DNA from: Craspedostauros australis
Lineage: Eukaryota
Direction of reading: 5' to 3'
Assembly: GCA_030167865.1 (NCBI GenBank)
Contig: JALAGF010000611.1
Location: forward strand, 1-39,090
Length of the DNA: 39,090 nucleotides
The notes under the pieces: model-generated
What the model was told of the DNA's origin: nothing
What the model saw: the letters and a program-made list of their open reading frames with translations, nothing else
Database searches by the model: none
Part shown: piece after piece, positions 30,427 to 39,090 of the stretch
Layout: every line of letters begins with the position of its first letter
Position numbering within the stretch: position 1 is the first letter of the stretch
Position numbers and translations under genes: made by a program

Positions 30427-33029
30427 GGTGACTCTTCTCCATTAGGCTGCGGAGCGTCGCCTTGGGGTTTACCCAATTCTCGTCTGAGGGCTTGGACTTG
30501 TGCTAGCAACTGGGCTTCTCGGGTCTGTGGTTGGTTGTACCTCGTCTCCGCGCCTGTGCGCAGGATGCCGTCGGTTCTGGGCTCTGGGTTGTTTTGGTTG
30601 GTGGTCGTTTCTGTGGCTGATTGGGTCTCGTTGTTGCCTCGGGTGGGTGCTATCGTGTAGGCCGAGTCTATCGACTTGTTGGTGGTGCCGATTGTTGAGT
30701 TTGGATTAAAGAGGCTTCGGTTGTCTAGGGCTGCTGGGCGGTGCGTGGTTGGCATCATTTCTGGAATGTTCGTGATGATGACGCTTGCTGGGAATTCTTC
30801 ATCCGCGATGTCTTCCAGGTTGTGCACGTCAGGGGAGGTGTAGTCGTTGGTTGCCGGGTCATGGACGATGTTGATGCTTGCTATCCAGACCTCTGGGCTG
30901 AACCATTTCTCCGCTTTTGGTCCAATTTTGTGCCGTGCGATTGCTGGGAGTAAGCTCATAAAGTGCTTGGCTTCCTCAAGGTATTCTGGGAACGAGTGCG
31001 CCACGATCTGGTCTTCCGTTCCTCTGGCTCTGTCGACGCTGTGAAAGATGCGTTTGCCGCTTTCGTTGGTTTCTCGAAGTATGAGCTTTCGGAGGGTGAT
31101 TGATTGGTTGGTGAGGTCTTTGACTTTTTTGTCCAGATGGACTACGCCGTCGGCGTCAGTGTATTCGATGACTGACAGTATGGCTTGGTGTTTTGCCACT
31201 AGTCCTTCCCTGAATTCCATTTTCTTCTTGGACATCTGCTCGTACTTCTTGTCTGGCAGAAACCGAAAGTTGGTTGCTCCTGGCCTTTCTGCGCGCGTGT
31301 TGAACAAGTTGGCGATTTCGGTCACAGCGCTGAAGGCTTGAGATCTCTCCACTTCCAGTTTTACTGCTCGCCATGGCTGTACAGTCCAGTGTCGTTTCCC
31401 TTCTCTGAATTTTTCTCTCGTCTCCGTGCTGACTTGAACAATGTTCTTGATTTTGCCTCCCACTCTGATTTCGCTGTTGTTGCGGCGTAGGCTTCGATTG
31501 ATGATGTCCACTGTGCCATTGGTGTCGGTGAACCCGCCTGAGTACAGTAGGAATCCAATCTCCTTGACTTCTTCTGCGTCTTGCAACTGCGCCTCGTACA
31601 GTCCTTCGTGCTCGTTGTAATAGTAGGCGTTGAGTTCCGAGTTTCTGTCAGCGGTGATGTCGAACGGATTTTCTCTGGTTGTGATGCGCACTTTTGCGTA
31701 GGTGATTCCAGTGGCCCCTGATGGCGCTCTCAGCCCTGGGAAGAACGCGCGTAGCTCATCCATCCGCTCTGGGATTTGTCCTGAGTGTGCGATATGAGGT
31801 CCAGTGTTGCTGGCCTCACGCCATGGGAGGATCACTGCGGTCGGATCAATTCTTCGGACTTGCCGGAACCAGCGTCTGATTCTGTCTCTGACTGCTGCGG
31901 TGGTGTCCTCCTCCGTTCTGTCGACGTTGAGTTTGATGGTGAATCTGGTGGTGAATTCATGACGGGGCGGAGCTATCTTCGTTTGGGAGGTGTTGGATTC
32001 CTTGTCGGAGCTGACTGAGATGTCATCTGTGTTGTTCTTCTGGGTGCCTTTGGGCCGGGATGTCTGTGTGTGTCTTGTCCTTCCTGAGTCTGTGGACGTG
32101 TCGCTGCTCATCGCCGATCCGGTGGATTGGGTGCTTGATGCGCCGTGTTGGCTGGCTGAGTTGAAGTGCGTGGTGTGTCTTGGGGATTTGAATCTTGTGC
32201 GTTTCGTGGGGTGCTGGCTTGTGTATGAGTCACTGTCAGTGCTGAGCGATTCCGTGGTCGGATTTGGTGGCATGGCTGCTACTCCTGTGTGTGGGGTTGC
32301 GTGTGCTTCCTCCTGGTGGGAGGTGTCCGTTTGTAGCGTCAATCCTTCCATCGCGGTGGAGCCGTTTTCCGTGTCTGTTGGAGGCGTGCCCAAATCGTAG
32401 TTTGAGCCGAGGACGCGGTTGGCTGCTTTCCACACTTTTACTGCGCGTGCGCTGCGTACTGTGCCGTCTTGGTTCAGGTGTGCTTTGAACACGTCGAGGG
32501 GGTTGGTTGATGCCACGTTAATGACAAACTGCAGGAGTCTCAGCCTGGTTGGATCGCGATTTGGCAGTGTGATCGGCCCGAACGCGGTAACCCGCCCGTC
32601 TGCGAGGTCTCTGAAGAAGTGCTCCCATTGCTTGGTAGTGGGGTGTTCACGGTCGGCTGTCGCTTCGTCCTTGTTGTACCACACCGCTCGTGCCCTCCAC
32701 GCTGCCTTGGCCGCTCGATCAATTGAGCCGTCTCCTGTGGCACGTTCGAATGGCTGGACGTCTATGCCTGTCTTGTTGGCCGCTGTTTTGAAGGTGCTGG
32801 ATCTCGGCTTGTATGTGATGGACACGTTGTCGGGGTCGTTCTCATCCATTCCGCCGTCGTATGGGATGGCTCTTTTTGCTTGTCGTCGTGCTCGGTGTTG
32901 GTTACTTGCATCAATGGCTCCTTTGGCGGGAGGTTTGTCAGGTTCCTTGGCTGGTGGGTCCAAAGTTGGTGCTTCCTCTGGTTCCTTGGCGTCGCGGTTG
33001 CTCGTGTTGGGGTTGCTGTTCGAAGTCAT
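30423..33029 (-). CDS. LINE ORF1 protein, 868 aa, function unassigned
   Basis: Long ORF directly upstream of ORF2 and inside the TSD-bounded unit. Its TGA overlaps the ORF2 ATG. Low-complexity Ser/Thr/Pro regions flank a globular-looking core. Confidence 0.9.
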   Translation of the reverse strand: MTSNSNPNTSNRDAKEPEEAPTLDPPAKEPDKPPAKGAIDASNQHRARRQAKRAIPYDGGMDENDPDNVSITYKPRSSTFKTAANKTGIDVQPFERATGDGSIDRAAKAAWRARAVWYNKDEATADREHPTTKQWEHFFRDLADGRVTAFGPITLPNRDPTRLRLLQFVINVASTNPLDVFKAHLNQDGTVRSARAVKVWKAANRVLGSNYDLGTPPTDTENGSTAMEGLTLQTDTSHQEEAHATPHTGVAAMPPNPTTESLSTDSDSYTSQHPTKRTRFKSPRHTTHFNSASQHGASSTQSTGSAMSSDTSTDSGRTRHTQTSRPKGTQKNNTDDISVSSDKESNTSQTKIAPPRHEFTTRFTIKLNVDRTEEDTTAAVRDRIRRWFRQVRRIDPTAVILPWREASNTGPHIAHSGQIPERMDELRAFFPGLRAPSGATGITYAKVRITTRENPFDITADRNSELNAYYYNEHEGLYEAQLQDAEEVKEIGFLLYSGGFTDTNGTVDIINRSLRRNNSEIRVGGKIKNIVQVSTETREKFREGKRHWTVQPWRAVKLEVERSQAFSAVTEIANLFNTRAERPGATNFRFLPDKKYEQMSKKKMEFREGLVAKHQAILSVIEYTDADGVVHLDKKVKDLTNQSITLRKLILRETNESGKRIFHSVDRARGTEDQIVAHSFPEYLEEAKHFMSLLPAIARHKIGPKAEKWFSPEVWIASINIVHDPATNDYTSPDVHNLEDIADEEFPASVIITNIPEMMPTTHRPAALDNRSLFNPNSTIGTTNKSIDSAYTIAPTRGNNETQSATETTTNQNNPEPRTDGILRTGAETRYNQPQTREAQLLAQVQALRRELGKPQGDAPQPNGEESP

Positions 33030-33113
33030 TTTGGTTTGCTGTTGTTTGTGTTGTGTTAGGGGATTAATTAGTTTTTATTTTCTTTTGGTTTGGTTTGTCG
33101 GAATTCCGAATCT

Positions 33114-33129
33114 ATTCGGCTCGCAGACA
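33114..33129 (+). repeat. Target-site duplication, right copy (attcggctcgcagaca)
   Basis: Identical to 24687-24702. Confidence 0.93.
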
Positions 33130-33196
33130 GAAGAGTTGTATGATAGAATATAAGTGAAGCTTGGTTTGCTCTACTACGAGGATCCGCAGATTCAGT

Positions 33197-35217
33197 CTAC
33201 AGTTCCTGCGCAACCACGGTCGGTTGGGGCGTGGATATCGTCATGAGCGTCGAGAGGGAGTGTCGCTTCTTCTTGACCTTGTTCGTGTTGGGCGGCGACG
33301 ATTGTATCGCCGTGCGCCTGCCTCGCAGACTGCCCTCCGTGTTGGCATCCGGTTTTCGCGTGCTGTGCTTGTGTTTGTTCTTATTCTTGTACTTGTCCGA
33401 GCCCGTGATGGGACTGACGGCGACCGCGATGGCCCGGCCCGTCGTCTTGGCAACTCCCGTGACGGCCTTGCCCGTCGCCGTGACACCTTTGACCGTGACC
33501 TTGGTGCCGGCCTTGACGGTGGTGGTGACGATGCCCGTGACGGCCTTGCCTGTTTTGTTGGCGGTCTTGCCGACCTTCTTGGCGCCGACGACGACGGGTG
33601 CCGTGACGGCGCTGCCCGCCTTGACGACGCCTCCCGCCACGTTGGTCGCGACGCCCGTGACGGCTCTGGAGCTGCCCTGGACACCGGAGACGAGGAGCTT
33701 TCCCGTGGCCGTTGTGATGTCAACACCCACGCCGACGACAGCATTGACGCCCTGGACGGAGGCGCGGACCGTTTTGCGCGTGGCTCCGCCGACCGCACCG
33801 ACGACGACACCCACGCCTAGGACATCCGCCTTCTTCAGCGCCGCGCCCGTGGTCTCGACGGCGCCGTTGAGGAATACCCATGGATTGGAGATGTTCCAGC
33901 CCGTCGATTTGAGGGAGTCGGCACGTTCCTTCTTTACCTTTTCAACCTCCAACGTGGCTCTGGCGAGATGTTCGATGGAGTATCCGGCACCTAGCAGGCT
34001 GTGATGTTTGTCAGAGTTTGGTGTGTCACAGTGTGTGGCGGTGTACGGCGATGTGTGGCAGGGAATGATGGTACAATATGGTAGAATATTATCCGATGTG
34101 TCATGATGCGATGCAATGATTGTGTGAGCGACTTGAATGAGAAATGGGCGCGATCATACCATGCATGTGGCAGACACGGGGTTCGAATGGCAGGCATTAT
34201 GAAGATCCTCACAGCACATTTTGACCCATTCAGCGACAAGAATTGAATGCAACGCATGAGCAAGAATTGCACTCACGTATTGGCCCGACGCCGCACCGAA
34301 AGCGCGAGCTTATGCTTGGACGACTTGCGCTGCGATTTGCGACAATACTCGTAAAAATCTAGATCGATGACGGACTCGTTGCTGGGTCTCCATCCGATCG
34401 TGACGGGTGCACCCGAGGAGACGGCGGGATGGTCGCCTAATATCATGGGGAATTCGTAGATGGTGATCTCATCGAACCAGAGGATGGTCATGTTGGGTGG
34501 ATGCTTTTTGGTGGTGCGGTTGTACGACGATGACAGGCAGCTGGGCAGCGGTTTGTTGGTGATGGGATGCAACGGCGGCATGGCGGATTGCGTCGAGACA
34601 TGCGACGACGCGGATCGCGACGAGGCGTTCTTGCGGGCGCTCTTCAATAGTTTGGAGCTGGAGGATTTGGAGCTGAACATGTTCCTCGTTGGCGTCTTGC
34701 TGCGTCTGCTGCTTTTTCTGGATGAGGAGGATGTGGGCGACACAAGGGGATTGTTGGGGTGCATGTTCTCGTTGCTTTTGGCACGACGAGGGTGCGTGGT
34801 TGGGTGTGGCCGATGGGGAGTATTTTCTGGTGTGCTTCTGTTTGTGGTCGCATGTCTGCGCGTATCCAAATCGCTGCGCGGAGGTGAAGATGCTGGAGGC
34901 ATCGGCGGTTTGTGCGCGATGCTCGTCGGCGAAGGCTGCGGTATTGGGTTTGGTGAGGATACGGGTGCTGGAGGTGGTGTTGTGGTTGTGGTTGCTTCTC
35001 CTGTTGTCAATGTTGTTGTTGTCAATGTTGTTGTCAGTGTTGTTGTCAGTGTTGGTGTTGCCGTTGCGGTTGGATCCGCTTTTGCGGGAGCTGGCATAGA
35101 CACGAGCGGGAGACACGGATTGTGGATTTCATTGATGAGCGCTTCATCTTCCTCATCGTATTCAACTGCGTACTGGTGAGGCATGGGGCTGCTAGGAGTG
35201 CTTGCTGCTTGCGTCAT
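33197..35217 (-). CDS. Diatom-type hypothetical protein, about 580 aa, two exons (35217-34277, 33998-33197)
   Basis: Donor GTGAGT at 34276 and acceptor CACAG at 33999. The phase-2 join gives RRANTLLGAGYSIEHLARATLEVEKVKKER. This completes the conserved-looking block WFDEITIYEFPMILGDHPAVSSGAPVTIGW..DFYE..R..L.LSV.RR..L...GYS that I recognise from diatom hypothetical proteins. The start codon is uncertain. Confidence 0.8.
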
Positions 35218-37488
35218 GGTCAGCTGTTGCCTTTGACTTTGTGTCTGCGTGTTTGCTTCCGTGTCTATCTGTATCTGTAGCTGTATCTGAGTCTGTCTGT
35301 GTGTCTGCTGGTCTATCGGTGTCTGCGTGTATGGCGGGTTTGGCAGCAGTTGTTCCCTTGTGGAGGCTGGATGCTTCGCCTCCTTGGTTCCTTGATCACT
35401 CCAACAAGGATGATGTAGTTGTTCCCCTCTTGGATGAGTCGAGCAGCACGCCTTCTGATGGATCTGCCAGACTTCACGGAGCTCCACGAACGTCGCAACA
35501 ACTTCTCTCGATGTTGTGTGTGTATTTCTCGCGCCAACAAACAAACAAACCAAGACCGTCGCCAACTCTCCGATTGCGCTTCGCTTCTTGTTTTTCTGTC
35601 CTTTCTTTTGTGATGAATGGAGTTGTGCAGTATGTGCGGTATGTTCGCTGTCGTGTGTGCTATCGCAGTCTATGTCGTTGGAATGCAAGAGAGCACGATC
35701 ACTCTGCTATTTGACTATGGCACAGCTGCGGGATGGTACCGATCTCAATGGTTGATGATGCTGCTGGCGCGGGCTGCGATCTTCGCCAGTGGTCGGAATA
35801 GACGGTGGATTGCTATGTCACGCGTTTGTGGTCCTGTTTTGCGCCGAACCCGTTTGGCTCAGTATGTGTGTGTGTCTGTGTGTGGTGGCGTGATTGTGGA
35901 CTGCTTCCTACTTGGGCCAGCCTTTCTTTCCTCCCTCTTCCCCTTGTTTCTCTCCTTTTGTCTCCTTGGCGGGTTGTGGTTGCCCTCGCAAGACACAACA
36001 CAACACGACACAGGAGAGAGCGAGAGGCGGGTTCTCGTGATACTCTTGTACTCTGTCCTCCCTCTTGCGCGTTCCCTCACTTTGTCTCTCTGTCTGTCTT
36101 GCTGCCTCTATCTCTCTGTCTATCTCCGCCTTTCTGTCTATCCTTTCTGTCGTTTCTTCGCGCCTGTTCGGACCCGCTTTTGCCAAAGAGGTGCCCTTCT
36201 CTCTCGGGATCGTCCTTTGTCACCTTTGGCGCCGCCTCTGTCGATCCTCTGTTGCTGAGGAGAGGTGAGGTGAGTGAATGAGCGATGATGGTGATGATGA
36301 TGCTCAAAACAGGGAATGAGAGCTGATCGTTCGCGGTACTCCGTCACACAATCGCTCTCTGTGCGCAGAATTCTCGCGTTGTCATCACACACATCTCTTG
36401 TGCACAACCATTTCGTTCTACCTCCCAAAGTAGAAAACGGCCTGCCTGAACAACACAAAACACGGCGAGCCTGCGTTGGTCATTGTGATAAATTGCGAAG
36501 CCCACCACGCGACAGTCGTCGAGTTCTTTTCCTTTGCTTCCACTTATCGTTGTTGACGCCAGAATGTTGAACCATGTGCTTCGAGGTCGCTGCTTCTCTC
36601 ATTGCGAGGTCCGGGATCACTCCGAATTTTGGTTCGTCTCTGTTTCCGTTCACGTGTTGGAGCGGTCCCGTTGCACAGGCAGACTGAACATATGATTGAT
36701 ACAAATGATTTCTGGGATACGCGGTGATATATGTACATATGTTTTATAACATGGCCGCATCGAGAAACCAACAAACCATCAAACGAGAATCATCAATTGC
36801 GGCTTCGGTTTCGCGATGTCTTTGACAAGATGGCGCCACAAAGTGATACGCTGCACCCATGCCGACAGTGCGCAGATGGCGATTCCAATTCCTCCATACC
36901 TTTGGCGAGAAAGATCAAATGGGCGAAGGACGTTGCGCGGTAGTCATGAGGCAATGGGATGAGGGACAAGTAGGTAAGCAATGGCAATGGAATAGCAAGC
37001 AGTATCGTAGTCGTGTGTTAGATCCTCATCGTTCGCGTTGATCCAAGGTGATGGCGAACGCGTGCTATCGCAAGACTTTGTCGCCCAGCGCTCGCCTTGG
37101 CATCCGAAGCGCGGAGGAAATCAGGCGATTGCGAACTTCGTGTGATCGCCGTTGTCGCCTTGTTCCGTGGTTGGTCCTGTGGTACCGTACAGCCCAAGCA
37201 CGTATCTGGCGATGTGACACCCTGTGATGCACTGTGCTGTGCTTTCGCTGCTGTTGCTTGTGTGTGATGTGCATGACATGGTGTGACATGGCATAAGGGT
37301 TTTCACCGTGTTCTGGAGCAAAGGAGAACAATTGCCATCGCATCACCCATAATCTTATCAACATCACTCTCTTTGTTCGCACAACTCGAAAGCAAACGCA
37401 CACACACGCACGCACGCACGCACGCACACAAACTCTCCAACGGCCCAGGTCCAAAATCGCACTCAACAACATCCCAGTACCCTGCACC

Positions 37489-37758
37489 ATGTCGACAACA
37501 CAATCAACGCCCACGACGAGTACACAGCCAACTCTACGATACCACCCTGGCCTGCGGCGTCCAACCGCTCATGTGTTGATGCTGCTGATCGGATTGTGCA
37601 TCCTCGTCGTTCCCAGCATCGATGCGTGGCGAGGCAGCGGCATGCGTGGAACTCCACAGCCTGCACCGAAGGTCGTGCTGCCATGTCCTCCCGTCATCAG
37701 CGTGGACAACTGCGTCAAGTATCTCCTACAGAACTATCCGGATCAGGAACTCAACTGA
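37489..37758 (+). CDS. Possible small secreted or membrane-anchored protein, 89 aa
   Basis: ATG in an ACCATG context after a CA-rich leader like those of neighbouring genes. One hydrophobic segment (VLMLLIGLCILVVPSIDA) followed by a short two-Cys tail. Confidence 0.4.
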   Translation: MSTTQSTPTTSTQPTLRYHPGLRRPTAHVLMLLIGLCILVVPSIDAWRGSGMRGTPQPAPKVVLPCPPVISVDNCVKYLLQNYPDQELN

Positions 37759-39090
37759 ACGTGGACTCATCACTACATACTGCACTTCCAACCAAGCACG
37801 CCAAATAGCAAAAGGCAGCATCATCGACACCGACGGCAGCGTCAACCATGGCAACATCAAAAGTTGCACTGTCCAACTGCGCTGCTTCGCAACCCATAGC
37901 CACAGCATGACGACAAACATCACCAAGCCGGCAGCTTGAGATCGCGGTGACGCGCCACGTTTACCCCGATGGGTGTCAACCCGTTGGCGCTCATCGTGCG
38001 ACATGGCTGATCTCTGCTCGATGGCACGGTGCGGTCTTACAGACGCATCCTGGCCGATCTTTTCACGTCCAACCAGCTGCTGCTGCCTCATAATTCTCTT
38101 TGCACACCATAAGCGACCCTCGCTTCCAATCCAAGAGGGTCTGCTCGCATCACACATACACGCATCCACAAGCTTATCGCGAACGTCCACACTCCATGGC
38201 CTGCTCCTTGAACACACTCACTCGCATACCTACTCGTCGCTCTGCGCGTTGAACCACAGGCAATGAAGACTAGCGCGTCTCCAATGTCGCAAGCTGCATG
38301 ACAGCAAGCCACAGCACATACTATCATACCCATCCATACATGTAACAACAAACACTTAATAGTTCCCCACCAAACAAGAGCGCTGACTTTCTCGTCTCGC
38401 CTTGAATCTCACACTCGCCGCCATCGCTGATTCGTGATGCGGAATGACGAATCAAGATCCAAAGGGATCGAGAACAGGAAGAAGTGCGAGTGAATCTAGA
38501 ATCTCACCTCTCCGTGCCATCCTTGTTCGTCTCCGGGCACGAATTCTCACGACACCGATTCCCGAACGTTGTTGAATTCAAGCCAGAAGGAACACAATTG
38601 TCGGCACGAATCCGAAGATCTCATCCTCGCCATACTTTGTGAAGCACACGTGCTCTGTGAGCCCCCAGAACGTTGACGCTGAGGCGGAGGGGCAGATGCA
38701 AAGGTGAAGACAGGGTGTTCGTGCCTGTCCGTGCTCTGCGCTCGCCAGCGAATCCAGCATTGTGGAGATTTGGCACGATTTGTGAGGTTGACTCCGACGA
38801 ATCAAAAGTCATGCACAAGCCCACGCAGCGTCCGTTGATGGCGATGACCGTTAACGAGGAGTTGCGAAAAGGCATATGAATCGATGACTCAATGCTCCGA
38901 GTTGAGATTCAATGAGGGACAGACTAGTACCGAACACGGTATCAACCCGATGGGAGAAATTCCTGTTTTGGCGCGAAATCTTCCGACTTGATTGACCACC
39001 AAACCTTTTTCTCCTCCTTTCTCTCCTCCATTCACGAATCCATCATGACTCAAACCTGACCGACCTGACTCACACCCCACCTGGGAACTA

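Larger units (their letters stand above)
24703..33113 (-). mobile_element. Full-length non-LTR retrotransposon (LINE, Ambal-like), 8411 bp
   Basis: Two intact ORFs, an 84-nt 5' UTR, a 117-nt 3' UTR ending in (TA)4, and a perfect 16-bp TSD. The APE-RT-RNase H architecture with a large ORF1 matches the diatom Ambal clade; the clade assignment is inference. Confidence 0.92.

Noticed and set aside
33197-33952. Idea that the 251-aa ORF is an ORF0 of the retrotransposon
   Set aside because: It lies outside the TSD and splices in frame to the upstream host exon.
35700-37440. Short ORFs and CT/GT/GCAC microsatellite-like tracts
   Set aside because: Low-complexity leader or intergenic sequence. Not a CRISPR array or structured repeat.
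38578-39090. Short ORFs at the right edge
   Set aside because: No recognisable domain, and frames are interrupted by stops.

Overview
Eukaryotic genomic DNA, most likely from a diatom (inferred from GT-AG introns, signal peptide + RXL cell-wall-type proteins and diatom-type gene families). About nine host genes are supportable: a multi-pass membrane protein, a 1092-aa GPI-type Cys-rich surface protein, EMC3, an ER cyclophilin-like protein with degenerate active-site motifs, a two-exon silaffin-like KxxK protein, a three-exon cyanobacterial-type aldo/keto reductase, a secreted RXL protein, a two-exon Ser/Thr/Pro-rich protein with 11-mer repeats, and a probable selenoprotein. Two items stand out. 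First, the ORF track splits a membrane-protein gene (15665-16513) at an in-frame TGA in the context LIGM-U-CWP, and its 3' UTR holds a SECIS-like hairpin (about 16568-16683), so it is most likely a hidden membrane selenoprotein. Second, there is a full-length, apparently intact 8411-bp non-LTR retrotransposon (24703-33113, minus strand, Ambal-like). It has ORF1, an APE-RT-RNase H-CCHC ORF2 joined to ORF1 by an ATGA overlap, and a perfect 16-bp target-site duplication, and it sits just downstream of a co-oriented host gene. All family assignments come from reading motifs by eye; no database search was run.
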